The notes under the pieces: model-generated
The model's database searches: none
What the model was told of the DNA's origin: nothing
The model's input: the letters and a program-made list of their open reading frames with translations, nothing else
Program-made: the position numbers and the translations under genes
Shown here: one piece after another, positions 1 to 9,969 of the stretch
Layout: the number at the start of each line of letters is the position of its first letter
Numbering within the stretch: the first letter of the stretch is position 1
Sequence record: HQ630627.1
Length of the DNA stretch: 64,000 nt
Origin: Pseudomonas phage PhiPA3
Reading direction: 5' to 3' (one strand)

Positions 1-49
1 TGCTTCTCCCTATGTGAATGTAATTTGATGTGTAACCAATTGAGCCTTT

Positions 50-75
50 GGACACCTTAGGGTGTCCTTATTTTT
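50..75 (+). terminator. hairpin ggacacc-ttag-ggtgtcc followed by TTATTTTT
   Basis: perfect 7-bp stem, tetraloop and U-tract just upstream of the first gene. Confidence 0.5.
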
Positions 76-129
76 CCAGTCGCTCAGAACACATTACATT
101 CTAAGAATTAGAAATTCATTGAGGGGCAA

Positions 130-2283
130 GTGATGGGCACGCAATTCCAACCGAATCCTTTTATTCGTCCGGTCGACGAGTATTGTCGTGATCTGGAGAT
201 CATCGATGCGTATCTAAACGACCAAGCATTGTATCTGTCTGCCATGACAGGGGATCCGGTAGAACAATGCCTTGAGTTTGTAAAGGCTCAATCTCGTCCT
301 GAGGGAGCAATGGCACTTCAGAATCCGAAGGCCTTGATCCTAGATAAGAATCCCGCAGGTGACCGTGAACTGAAAGAAACTACGTTCATGGGTTTCCTGA
401 ATCGAGTGAAGAAGCAAGAACTCTTGTTATCGCCGAGCATGACTGTGTACATGCCGGAATCGCAACGTCAGTCTACACACTCGCAATACATTGCCGAAGG
501 CGTGGCTAACCGCAAACGCGTAAAGAAAGAACAAATGCGTTTGGAAGGTGAAGGTACCACTGAAGCACTCGAATTAGCCCAGGTTCGTAAAGGCGAACAA
601 GAGAACTTCAAAATTAACAATAACTCTTACAGTGGGGCAACTGTAAGTGCGGCAACTATTCTGTACTACAAGTCGACTCACTCGTCTCTGACGTCCACTT
701 GCCGTACCGCAACCTCGTATGCGAACGCCAACAACGAGAAGTTCATCATGGGGAACCGGCACTACTACACGCCGGAGATCACCAAAGCCAACCTGCTGTC
801 GATTGCCAACATCACCGACCTTAAGAAGCTGCAAGAGTGCATGGATCACTTCCAGATGCATTATCCGACCGCTGACGAAGTCGTTGAGATGGTACTGCGT
901 TCGACTGCACACTACTGGCAGAACCAAGATTACACTGCCCAGATCCACACCATGGTTAGTGGCTTCACTCCACTGCAACGAGCTGCTGTTGTTTATGTCG
1001 GTGATCTGTACCACACCTACAAACACAACAAAGATCTGATCCGAAACTTCCTGATGGAACTGTCTCAAATCGGACGGCCTGATCAAGTTATTTCCAAGGA
1101 AGAATACAATACTTACGATGGCGACATGGATCTGCTGGCTAACTTCATTTGCTATGATCTGGTTAAAGGTCGTAACAAAGAGAAACTGGCAGCCGAGAAC
1201 CCGGAAGTGTTTGACACCATCTACGCTACTGGTAAGAATATTTCGGAAGTCTTGCACAAGTACAAGTTGATCATTGAAGCATTGCTTTTGACCAATAACG
1301 TTCCATCTAGTATTCATGCCTTCCCGACTATTTATCGTCGCGCAGCAGTGATTTCTGACACTGACTCAACCATGTTCACCATGCAGTATTGGGTGGAAGA
1401 GTTCTTTGGTCGTGTCTGCTTTACTTCGGAAGCTAAACGTCTGGTGTTCGCACTGGTGTTCTTGGTATCTGAAGTAGTGATGCACATCCTGGCGATTCAA
1501 TCGGCCAATATGGGTGTATCCAAAGAGAAGCTTCGTCTGCTGGCGATGAAGAACGAATACTACTTTGCTGTACTGTCATTGACCACACGTTCCAAACACT
1601 ATTACGCATCCCAGGATGCGCAGGAGGGCGTAATGTTCGCTAAAGCGCGAATGGAAGTGAAGGGTGTCGGTCTTCGTGACTCTAAGGTACCCCCGAAGAT
1701 CAACAAGGCTGCGAAGAAGATGATGGAGAACATCATCAAATCGGTTAAGGAAGAGATCCCATTGGATCTCCCAGCAATGTTGAAAGAAGTGGCTGATTTC
1801 GAACGTGACATCATCAACTCGATCTTCTCGGGTAAATCTGAATACCTGACCACCGGTAAGTGTAAGAAGCTTAACGCGTATAAGTCAGAAGACAACGCTA
1901 CGTACGCTAAACACCGATTCTGGGCTGAGGTATTTGGTCCGTCTTATGGTGGCACTGAAGAACCACCTTACTCGTTCGTTAAGGTATCGGTTACCGTCGA
2001 TAACCGTACTCGCTTCAACGAATGGGTAGAGTCCATCGAAGATAAAGGTCTGGCGATGCGCCTGAAGAAATGGGCTATGGAAAACGATAAGTCCGGCATC
2101 ACCACGTTCCACGTACCAATGACCGTTGTAGAGAACCATGGTATCCCGAGTGAGATTACTCGTGTGGCGGATGTACGTACTGTAATCTCCAACACCATGG
2201 GTGTGTTCTACCTGATACTCGAATCGCTGGGGATCTTCCTCATCGACAAAGATAACTCCCGTCTGATCTCTGACTTTTATTAA
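130..2283 (+). CDS. family-B DNA polymerase, polymerase (palm/fingers/thumb) fragment
   Basis: 717-aa ORF with GAGGGG RBS. Motif A-like DQALYLSA near the N-terminus, motif B KINNNSYSG (KxxxNSxYG) and motif C VISDTDS (DTDS). No exonuclease motifs, which lie in the separate gene at 42.9-44.7 kb. Confidence 0.5.
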   Translation: MMGTQFQPNPFIRPVDEYCRDLEIIDAYLNDQALYLSAMTGDPVEQCLEFVKAQSRPEGAMALQNPKALILDKNPAGDRELKETTFMGFLNRVKKQELLLSPSMTVYMPESQRQSTHSQYIAEGVANRKRVKKEQMRLEGEGTTEALELAQVRKGEQENFKINNNSYSGATVSAATILYYKSTHSSLTSTCRTATSYANANNEKFIMGNRHYYTPEITKANLLSIANITDLKKLQECMDHFQMHYPTADEVVEMVLRSTAHYWQNQDYTAQIHTMVSGFTPLQRAAVVYVGDLYHTYKHNKDLIRNFLMELSQIGRPDQVISKEEYNTYDGDMDLLANFICYDLVKGRNKEKLAAENPEVFDTIYATGKNISEVLHKYKLIIEALLLTNNVPSSIHAFPTIYRRAAVISDTDSTMFTMQYWVEEFFGRVCFTSEAKRLVFALVFLVSEVVMHILAIQSANMGVSKEKLRLLAMKNEYYFAVLSLTTRSKHYYASQDAQEGVMFAKARMEVKGVGLRDSKVPPKINKAAKKMMENIIKSVKEEIPLDLPAMLKEVADFERDIINSIFSGKSEYLTTGKCKKLNAYKSEDNATYAKHRFWAEVFGPSYGGTEEPPYSFVKVSVTVDNRTRFNEWVESIEDKGLAMRLKKWAMENDKSGITTFHVPMTVVENHGIPSEITRVADVRTVISNTMGVFYLILESLGIFLIDKDNSRLISDFY

Positions 2284-2296
2284 TAGGTACCCTGAA

Positions 2297-2644
2297 GTGA
2301 AAGGTCAAGAATACATTGCCAAAAAGGGTGATGCCGTTAAGGTTATTTTCCATTCGGGTATAGGTTCTATTAATGCAGGACGCATTAAGTTAGACAAAGA
2401 ATACGATGCTACGATTTCTTACTTCTCGGATAAAGCTACGCACATGATGTTTAGCTTTACTAGGGAGGACGGTGAGAAAGGTGAGTTGATGCGCCACGTT
2501 ACTGGTAGCGATACTACATGGACGCTCATTCTGACAGAAGACGAGGCACGGCGCCGTAAACAAAAGGTCATTCAACGTCGTACTAAACAGGCCGAAGATC
2601 AATGCAAACGCAAGATCATTGAAGCCAACATGTTGTTCGATTAA
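2297..2644 (+). CDS. hypothetical protein (115 aa)
   Basis: ORF tightly following the upstream gene, ending at hairpin 2650-2666. Confidence 0.4.
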   Translation: MKGQEYIAKKGDAVKVIFHSGIGSINAGRIKLDKEYDATISYFSDKATHMMFSFTREDGEKGELMRHVTGSDTTWTLILTEDEARRRKQKVIQRRTKQAEDQCKRKIIEANMLFD

Positions 2645-2649
2645 CATAA

Positions 2650-2674
2650 GGGGAGCTTCGGCTCCCACTTATGC
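2650..2674 (+). terminator. UUCG-loop hairpin followed by TTATGC
   Basis: ggggagc-ttcg-gctccc then cttatgcc. Confidence 0.55.
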
Positions 2675-2680
2675 CATTAG

Positions 2681-3814
2681 GTGAATACAATGATTGAACA
2701 AAGAAGCGCTTACGAAGAAGCTGTATTACACGGCTTCAAAGGTTCTCAGGATGATTGGTTCCGTAGCTTAGAGGGACGTAAGCATCCGTACGACACGCTG
2801 GATACAGTGGTCAATGCTTCGCAGGCACACTTCGATTACATCGCTAGTAAAATAGCACCAGGGATGAGTAGCCTGTTTATCGAACAGAAGTTCGACCTCG
2901 CCCTAGATGAAAAGAACTACCTCGACAAAGTCGTTGAACTCTACAACGACGAATGCTCGGATCTGGATAACGCCGACCGTGCTCGTCTTTTCAACATGGT
3001 CAAGGCAGCTCGTTACCTGATCAAAGGCATTATCTACGGACGTCCCTACTCCCAACCCCGTTTACTAGAAGCTTGGGCACAATGTCCGAAGAGTCGTTTT
3101 GACTATTTCAAGGATAAAGTACCCAGGTACGATACCGAATGTACACAGGTACACCCTGATATCGATCTCACATGGCGTCTTAACAAAGGAAAAGACATGC
3201 AAGCTTCTCAGAACACTCTTCGTGGCCAAACCTCAAGCATCACCCACATGGACGACGCTATGTTTATGTCTACCCACAAGATACCTGAACTCCTGACCCC
3301 GGTCGAAGAGATTTCCACCGCTGACGTACCCCCGGCAAATCAGTCTATTCCTCAGGGTAACCGTAAGGAACGTCGTATCGCTGGTAAGAAACAAAAGAAC
3401 AAACGCAAGAAACACATCGCCAACTGTAAGTCTGGTTTCCACAAAGCAGTAATGGGTTCTATGGTCCTCAGTCGCCTTGGTCGTGTCCAACAAGATACCC
3501 AAGACAACCTGAAGAAAGCCCTGCTCAAAGACCATGCCATGGCTGATGTCGTGGAAGCGGCCACCGGTGAGAAGCTCCCAGCTTATCAACGTAATCTGTT
3601 GAACCAAATGCAAGAGCGTGCTCAGCATGGTAAATCGATCGTCGAAGAACACGAAAGACTGGTCAGCGAAGAGGATGCCGAAATGTTCGTCAATAAGGGA
3701 GTCCCTGAGGAAGTCCTCGATGGGCAGTTTAATCTGGTACCAGCTGGAGATAGCAGCGCAGAAGAGTCTGACGAAGGACTGGAAGTAGACGACGGCGTAG
3801 CCGATCGCGATTAA
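2681..3814 (+). CDS. hypothetical protein (377 aa, basic KR-rich segment)
   Basis: ORF with upstream GGTG RBS, acidic C-terminus. Confidence 0.5.
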   Translation: MNTMIEQRSAYEEAVLHGFKGSQDDWFRSLEGRKHPYDTLDTVVNASQAHFDYIASKIAPGMSSLFIEQKFDLALDEKNYLDKVVELYNDECSDLDNADRARLFNMVKAARYLIKGIIYGRPYSQPRLLEAWAQCPKSRFDYFKDKVPRYDTECTQVHPDIDLTWRLNKGKDMQASQNTLRGQTSSITHMDDAMFMSTHKIPELLTPVEEISTADVPPANQSIPQGNRKERRIAGKKQKNKRKKHIANCKSGFHKAVMGSMVLSRLGRVQQDTQDNLKKALLKDHAMADVVEAATGEKLPAYQRNLLNQMQERAQHGKSIVEEHERLVSEEDAEMFVNKGVPEEVLDGQFNLVPAGDSSAEESDEGLEVDDGVADRD

Positions 3815-3820
3815 CATAAC

Positions 3821-3846
3821 GCTCCTGCTTCGGCAGGAGCTTATGC
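3821..3846 (+). terminator. UUCG-loop hairpin followed by TTATGC
   Basis: gctcctgc-ttcg-gcaggagc-ttatgcc. Confidence 0.55.
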
Positions 3847-3864
3847 CAATTTAAGGAAAATACA

Positions 3865-4335
3865 ATGGCCAAAGTAATCATGCCGTCTCAGTTGAAGAAA
3901 TTCAACTCGTTCAACATCATGTACATGCTCCGCTCGGTATTCTGCCTGTACAACATCCAACAGAGCGAGATGTACGCTCTGAACGATACCGCCATGTTGT
4001 TGAATGGCAAACTGGTGGAAATCCCCGAGATCGAGATTGGCGTCCCTGCACCGATCTTTGATCGCGTCCACAAAGCCTTCCCTCAGCTGTTCGATCCCAA
4101 GAAAAAGGTATTGCGTCTTCGTGAACGGTTGATTGCCCGTCGACTGGAAGTGATCAAGAAGAGTGAGTACCAATATCAAGGCCCTTACTACATTCGTAAG
4201 TTGGAAGTATTGATCCGTGATGCTGAGGATGCTCTGCGTTGCCCCTCACTGTCTCAAGCCAAGCAGAAGCGTGTAACTACTAACTTGTTGATCATGAAGG
4301 ATAAAACTATCCAACATCGGGTCTACAACCGCTAA
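3865..4335 (+). CDS. hypothetical protein (156 aa)
   Basis: ORF with AAGGAAAA RBS, ends at the bidirectional hairpin. Confidence 0.5.
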   Translation: MAKVIMPSQLKKFNSFNIMYMLRSVFCLYNIQQSEMYALNDTAMLLNGKLVEIPEIEIGVPAPIFDRVHKAFPQLFDPKKKVLRLRERLIARRLEVIKKSEYQYQGPYYIRKLEVLIRDAEDALRCPSLSQAKQKRVTTNLLIMKDKTIQHRVYNR

Positions 4336-4342
4336 CGACATA

Positions 4343-4374
4343 AACCCCTCTCCTTCGGGAGAGGGGCGTTATGC
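4343..4374. terminator. bidirectional hairpin cccctctcc-ttcg-ggagagggg followed by TTATGC
   Basis: Lies between convergent genes. The whole ~52-bp element is repeated identically at 29384-29433. Confidence 0.6.
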
Positions 4375-4376
4375 AT

Positions 4377-5477
4377 TTATTTTTTCAGATCAGCGATTGT
4401 CTCAGCAATCTGTTTGTTGAATTGTTTCACGAATTCAGAACTACCCATGTTGCGGTAGACTTGGTCGTTAGAGCTATCGATCAGATCAATCATAACTTCA
4501 TTCAACTGCGAACGATCATAGCCATGGTTCTGTTGCATCATGCGAATCAGGTAACGAATGTAGGGTAAGCGGGCCATGGTAATAGCCCATTCGTTCTGAT
4601 ACGTCACTGGTTCACGTGGTAGCTTGATGACATCAAACAGATCGTTCTTAACGATCATCGGGGTAATAGCAGCCAACCCTTCGAGTTCAATCCCTTTCAG
4701 AATAGCTTCTTTGTTAATGTATTCAGCAAGCGTATCCAGACGGGGAGACATGTCGGTTAAGTAGAAGGGATGCGATACCGGGAACTTCGGGTTATCGATA
4801 TGCTGGGAAGCGCGATCCAGTCTATTAAAGAAGGCGATATCCAGATAACTCTCGATCATGTTGGGTAGTACAATACTCCCTACAAACCTGTAAGCGTTCT
4901 CTTTTTGATCTACGCCGTTTTGTATTTGCCATCTGAGCCAATAACGATACTGCACCAACAGCATGGGAATATTAACTGAGATCACGCCGTAGGCTCGCCC
5001 TTGGGTGGTGTTGTTCATGATCGGGAGGTTAACGTCTGTCCGTGTGTGGTACAGATACTTAACTGGCTGGAGATCCCGCCATGTTTTCCCCAGTCCTTTG
5101 GTCTCGAATCGTTCTAGGCTCGCCATTGCGACTTCTTCAGACTTGGGTCCTAGGGTGATTCCCCCTTCGTGGATTTTCCCTTTGTGAATGGAAGATGTCA
5201 TACCAAAGACACGGTACACGCCCTTAGCGTAATCTTCAACTTTCTTTGCCCAAGCGGCGTCATCAATCTTCCAATCGATCACAAACTGCTGACACAGTAA
5301 AGCAAACATATTGGAAGAGTCCACGTATTTCGGAGCTTTCCGATAATACGTTTGCACATCTTTAATAAGAGTTTTGTAGGTCCGACGAATATAGACAATT
5401 CGAGGATCCAAAGCTTGGCCTAAGCGACGCGTGGGTGCGTCTCTGAAGAGCATGTACATGTTAGTCGCCCATTGCAA
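4377..5477 (-). CDS. hypothetical protein (366 aa)
   Basis: long minus-strand ORF, divergent promoter region upstream. Confidence 0.55.
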   Translation of the reverse strand: MQWATNMYMLFRDAPTRRLGQALDPRIVYIRRTYKTLIKDVQTYYRKAPKYVDSSNMFALLCQQFVIDWKIDDAAWAKKVEDYAKGVYRVFGMTSSIHKGKIHEGGITLGPKSEEVAMASLERFETKGLGKTWRDLQPVKYLYHTRTDVNLPIMNNTTQGRAYGVISVNIPMLLVQYRYWLRWQIQNGVDQKENAYRFVGSIVLPNMIESYLDIAFFNRLDRASQHIDNPKFPVSHPFYLTDMSPRLDTLAEYINKEAILKGIELEGLAAITPMIVKNDLFDVIKLPREPVTYQNEWAITMARLPYIRYLIRMMQQNHGYDRSQLNEVMIDLIDSSNDQVYRNMGSSEFVKQFNKQIAETIADLKK

Positions 5478-5485
5478 AAGATTTC

Positions 5486-5505
5486 AAATCTATATCATGG
5501 TTTTG
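5486..5505 (+). promoter_or_regulatory. candidate early-type promoter motif AAATCTATATCATGGTTTTG
   Basis: near-identical copy at 21695-21714, related copies at 7486 and 16665; 36 nt upstream of the 5541 start. Confidence 0.4.
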
Positions 5506-5540
5506 ATAAGTCACCCCTTACATCTAAATAGGAAACTATA

Positions 5541-7274
5541 ATGCATTCCAATTATACCCCCACCCGTAAAAGCGTTACAGGTATTACCATCGGTAATATG
5601 CAAAACATCGCCTTACTCCATATGCCGAACATGTATAACCAGGTTTCTGAGCTGTTCCTTTATAGTACCTATTTCCATGGGATGGACCTCACCCGCTGTA
5701 ACCGCGATGCAGTCGAGTGGTTCATGACTCACCTCGCTGATGCTGTCCAACACGATTTCGATAATCTTGATGGCGAACAACTGGACGATCGAATCAAGGC
5801 ACGCATCGCCGGTTTGCAGGACGTAATCCAGCAAGCCTTAACTGGTGAAGGCGTGCTGTGTGAACAGCCAGGCGCCATCAAAGTGGAAGTTAATGGTATT
5901 CATCGCTTTATCCAGATGAACCATGATTTCAACCGGGTGAAGATGGCTGTACAAAAACTGATTACAGGTGCCATTGGCGTAATCCGCCCAGGCGTCACCA
6001 CCCATCAAGTCCGTGATCTCGAAAAGGTCCTTAGCAAAGAGTGGACTGTAATGACCAACAGTGCCCGTAAGGAGGCTTTGGTTAATTACATTGCTTTGCT
6101 GGCGAATTGCCATAACAACTCGCAGACTAACCAACTTCTACCGGAAGCTAAAGTCCCCCAACGTATTTTCCTCAACCCCCGTAACAGGAGTACTATCATG
6201 CAACACGATGATGAAAACATTCGTTCTGGTACTAGCGATAGCTTCGAAGATACCAACAACGAAAGAACAGGCCTTCCCCGTCTTAACGAGCGTCTACGGA
6301 GCAATCGAGCCACCAAAGTCGATATCACGGATGCTCCGGATCTGACTGATGCTCGTTACAGCGACAACGGTGATATTCATCTGAAGAAGATCTTCCTGAA
6401 CATCTCCGCTACCGCTATTGCTAAGGCAGGCCTACTCATCGAGAATTTCACTGACGACAACTTCGATCGCATCGTTAATCACGCTGCCTCCTTGTTTGGT
6501 CCTTGTTTGGATACCAACAGCGAAGAACTCATTAACAATCAGCTGTCTATCCTGGCCACCTTCGTCAGAGACGTTTACGATGAGCAGACTAAAAGCACTG
6601 GAGAACCCCGTGAGCTGTCTCTGATCGAGCGCAAATTCAGTGGGAACATTCCGCTGGATATCGACAAAGGTTACCTGTCCATCCAACGTAATGACACTGA
6701 AAGCTCCGATCAAATCGGTTTCGTCTACAATGACGAAAACCGTGAGTTCACGAAGGCATCTTCGGAAGAAGAACAGCGCATGCGTGACGAGATCGTAGCT
6801 ATTTGTTCTGGTCCGAGTATCGACGCTTTGCACCACAAAGCTGCTCTGGATTACCAGCGTGCTATTCAAGAAGCCAATGACGTCCGTGCGGAGGGTTCTA
6901 ATACCTCGCATATGAAGTACAAGCAGTTGATGCAGAAAGCTCGTGCACATTACCTGCAAACGGTTGAGATGATCGACAAAGGCGTCATGGTGGAGAACGA
7001 TGGTCTACTGGCCACCAACGTCATTAATGCCCGTACTCGCCTGGCAGCTTATCGCTGCAATGGTAATGAACTGGTTAAACTGCATCGTGAGGTGGTGGAA
7101 CGTCGAGATGCGCTTCAAGCGGCTGAAGAATGCCGACTGACCCAGGAACGTGGAGAGCTGATCCGCGACATCATGGAAAAGGTCATCAGCCGAATCATGG
7201 ATGCACAGCGCCAGGGCGAACTCACCGAAATTGTTCGCAACCTGATCGATGAGTTGAACGTCCACGCGAAATAA
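5541..7274 (+). CDS. hypothetical protein (577 aa)
   Basis: long ORF with AGGAAA RBS. Confidence 0.55.
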   Translation: MHSNYTPTRKSVTGITIGNMQNIALLHMPNMYNQVSELFLYSTYFHGMDLTRCNRDAVEWFMTHLADAVQHDFDNLDGEQLDDRIKARIAGLQDVIQQALTGEGVLCEQPGAIKVEVNGIHRFIQMNHDFNRVKMAVQKLITGAIGVIRPGVTTHQVRDLEKVLSKEWTVMTNSARKEALVNYIALLANCHNNSQTNQLLPEAKVPQRIFLNPRNRSTIMQHDDENIRSGTSDSFEDTNNERTGLPRLNERLRSNRATKVDITDAPDLTDARYSDNGDIHLKKIFLNISATAIAKAGLLIENFTDDNFDRIVNHAASLFGPCLDTNSEELINNQLSILATFVRDVYDEQTKSTGEPRELSLIERKFSGNIPLDIDKGYLSIQRNDTESSDQIGFVYNDENREFTKASSEEEQRMRDEIVAICSGPSIDALHHKAALDYQRAIQEANDVRAEGSNTSHMKYKQLMQKARAHYLQTVEMIDKGVMVENDGLLATNVINARTRLAAYRCNGNELVKLHREVVERRDALQAAEECRLTQERGELIRDIMEKVISRIMDAQRQGELTEIVRNLIDELNVHAK

Positions 7275-7485
7275 GAAAAGATACTGGGGTTTATCATTTA
7301 ATACAGGAGTTGGCCGTAAGGTACGATCCTGCACTAAAAGCTATGCCCCAGTGTCCACTGTTTGCAAATCGTTTTCAACTTAAGGAAGCGATTATGTAAT
7401 ACAGTATGTGGAAGTTCTGCTACCACAATGACCTAGCTTTTATAGCGGGTTTCGTGGTTTATAGCCCATTGAAAAAAATCTCACA

Positions 7486-7499
7486 TCTATATCACAGGT
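7486..7499 (+). promoter_or_regulatory. candidate promoter motif ATCTATATCACAGG
   Basis: variant of the TCTATATCA motif, ~70 nt upstream of the 7571 start. Confidence 0.35.
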
Positions 7500-7570
7500 G
7501 TGCACTCGTTCCCGAAAGGTTCTGAGTCTACTTGATCAAGTATTGAAATACCATCGTAAAGGAAAAAGAC

Positions 7571-9454
7571 ATGTCTATTCGTGATAGCGAAAACAACAAC
7601 GGCCAACAGCAGCAGACCGCGCAAACTGCCGCCCCCGCCCCGCAAATGCAACAGACCCAACAAGGACCCAAAGTGCAAACTCAAACTCTCCAAGGCGGTG
7701 CTGGTAACCTGAACAGCATCTTCCAGCGTTCCGGCCGTACCGACGGTGGTGACGCTCGTGCCAGCGAAGCGCTGGCTGTGTTCAACAAACTGAAAGAAGA
7801 GGCAATCGCTCAGCAAGATCTGCATGACGATTTCCTGGTCTTCCGTTTCGACCGCGATCAGAACCGCGTAGGTTACTCCGCTCTGCTGGTTGTTAAGCGT
7901 GCCGCTATCAACGGTCAACAAGTCATCGTTACCCGCCCGCTGGTAATGCCGAACGATCAGATCACTCTGCCGACCAAGAAACTGACCATCCAAAACGGGA
8001 TGCATCAGGAAACCATCGAAGCGGAAGCTGACGTACAAGACGTGTTCACCACCCAGTACTGGAACCGCATCTGCGACTCCATTCGTCAGCAAACTGGCAA
8101 GCACGACGCCATGGTCATCAACGCTGGTCCGACCGTCATCCCCGCAGATTTCGATCTGAAAGATGAACTGGTTCTGAAGCAGCTGCTGATCAAATCCGTC
8201 AACCTGTGCGATGACATGCTGGCCAAGCGTTCCGGCGAACAGCCCTTCTCCGTTGCCATGCTCAAAGGCACCGACGAGACCCTGGCTGCCCGTCTGAACT
8301 TCACTGGTAAGCCGATGCATGACAGTCTGGGCTATCCGATCCGTTCGGACATCCTGGTATCCCTGAACCGCGTCAAGAAGCCGGGCCAGCAGGAGAACGA
8401 ATTCTACGAAGCCGAAGATAAGCTGAACCAAGTCAGCTGCTTCGTCAACCTGGAATACACTCCTCAGCCGCAACAAGCCATCTACGGTGCTCCGCAGCAA
8501 ACCCAACAGCTGCCTCCGCTCACTCCGGCCATCGTCATCACCGACGTACGTCAGGCTGAGTGGCTGAAAGCAAACACCATGGAACTGTACCTGTTCGCTC
8601 TGAGCAACGCATTCCGTGTAACTGCTAACCAGTCCTGGGCACGTAGCCTGCTGCCGCAACTGGGTAAGGTCAAGGACATGCGCGATATCGGTGCAATCGG
8701 CTACCTGAGCCGTCTTGCAGCGCGCGTTGAAACCAAGACCGAAACCTTCACCGACCAGAACTTCGCCGAACTTCTGTACAACATGGTTCGTCCGTCTCCG
8801 GTGTTCATGTCCGACCTGAACCGCTTCGGCGACAACGCTGCGATCGAGAACGTCTTCATCGACGCCCTCGGTGGTGTAAACCAGCAGCGCGCTGTAGCGG
8901 CTATCATTGCCGGTGTGAACAACCTGATTGGTGGTGGCTTCGAGAAGTTCTTCGATCACAACACCATGCCGATCATCCAGCCGTACGGCACCGACATCCA
9001 GCTGGGCTACTACCTGGATGGCGAGGGTGAGAAGCAAGACCGTCGTGACCTGGACGTCCTGGGCGCTCTGAACGCCAGCGACGGCAACATCCAGGAATGG
9101 ATGAGCTGGTACGGCACTCAGTGCAACGTCGCAGTACATCCGGAACTGCGTGCTCGCCAGTCGAAGAACTTCGACCGTCAGTACCTGGGTAACTCCGTCA
9201 CCTACACCACCCGTGCACATCGTGGTATCTGGAACCCGAAATTCATCGAGGCTCTGGACAAAGCGATCGCGTCGGTTGGCCTGACCGTAGCCATGGACAA
9301 CGTGGCTCAGGTGTTCGGTGCTCAGCGCTTCAGCGGCAACCTGGCTATCGCCGACTACGCCGTTACTGGTACCGCTCAGGTATCCAGCGGCCTGGTTTCC
9401 AACGGTGGCTACAACCCGCAGTTCGGTGTAGGTCAAGGCTCGGGCTTCTATTAA
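7571..9454 (+). CDS. very highly expressed 627-aa protein, proposed chimallin-like nuclear shell protein
   Basis: Strongly biased codon usage (GGT/CGT/CTG/AAC-rich) and AAAGGAAAAAGACATG RBS. Q-rich disordered N-terminus. Sits immediately upstream of the RNAP beta' N-terminal gene, as phiKZ gp54 sits upstream of gp55. The antisense 660-aa ORF is an artefact. Confidence 0.4.
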   Translation: MSIRDSENNNGQQQQTAQTAAPAPQMQQTQQGPKVQTQTLQGGAGNLNSIFQRSGRTDGGDARASEALAVFNKLKEEAIAQQDLHDDFLVFRFDRDQNRVGYSALLVVKRAAINGQQVIVTRPLVMPNDQITLPTKKLTIQNGMHQETIEAEADVQDVFTTQYWNRICDSIRQQTGKHDAMVINAGPTVIPADFDLKDELVLKQLLIKSVNLCDDMLAKRSGEQPFSVAMLKGTDETLAARLNFTGKPMHDSLGYPIRSDILVSLNRVKKPGQQENEFYEAEDKLNQVSCFVNLEYTPQPQQAIYGAPQQTQQLPPLTPAIVITDVRQAEWLKANTMELYLFALSNAFRVTANQSWARSLLPQLGKVKDMRDIGAIGYLSRLAARVETKTETFTDQNFAELLYNMVRPSPVFMSDLNRFGDNAAIENVFIDALGGVNQQRAVAAIIAGVNNLIGGGFEKFFDHNTMPIIQPYGTDIQLGYYLDGEGEKQDRRDLDVLGALNASDGNIQEWMSWYGTQCNVAVHPELRARQSKNFDRQYLGNSVTYTTRAHRGIWNPKFIEALDKAIASVGLTVAMDNVAQVFGAQRFSGNLAIADYAVTGTAQVSSGLVSNGGYNPQFGVGQGSGFY

Positions 9455-9906
9455 TAGAAGCCTAACCAAATAACTCCCTCGGTAGATAGGGGTGTACGAA
9501 GGCGTACATCCCGATTCTAATGCGTATACTTAGGCCAACTCGAAAGAGATCGCCTAGAGATAGGTAGGTTCCGTGGTAGCCCCAGCTTTATCGGAAACTG
9601 ATTTATTGCAGACCTTGGTCATTGCCAGAGCGCTTATCTACGTTGTGGGGTAGGTTGATAAGACGACAATGACTCGGAGTGAGGCCCACTCTCCTTAACA
9701 GTGCAATTGGATCAAGTCTGGTCAGGCAGCGCTATCACTACACGAGTTGTGAGTTAGAACCACTTAACCCAAAAGGCGTCACTCTAGGGAGACGTTGTGG
9801 TTCACATGGGGCATGGAATCACCTAGCAGGCTTGATGGTAAAACATTAAGGTAACCAGCCGTGGAGGATACCCAACCCAAAATAGGGGTAACCCCCTGGG
9901 ATAAAG

Positions 9907-9940
9907 GCGGCTCCTTCGGGAGCCGCTTATATCTCCTTTT
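9907..9940 (+). terminator. hairpin gcggctcc-ttcg-ggagccgc followed by a T-run
   Basis: intrinsic terminator at the end of the ~480-nt non-coding region downstream of 7571..9454. Confidence 0.55.
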
Positions 9941-9969
9941 TTTGTCGTCGTAGTGGAGGGAATAACGAC

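Noticed and set aside
7487-9469. 660-aa ORF antisense to the 627-aa highly expressed gene
   Set aside because: Its composition (V/G/L/D/A-rich) is the mirror of a high-bias gene and it has no RBS. The + strand gene has strong start signals and sensible protein features.
9455-9940. Possible tRNA or third group I intron in the long intergenic region
   Set aside because: No cloverleaf with GTTCRANYC T-loop and no P/Q/R/S core elements were found by eye. Kept only as a possible unclassified structured RNA (see findings).
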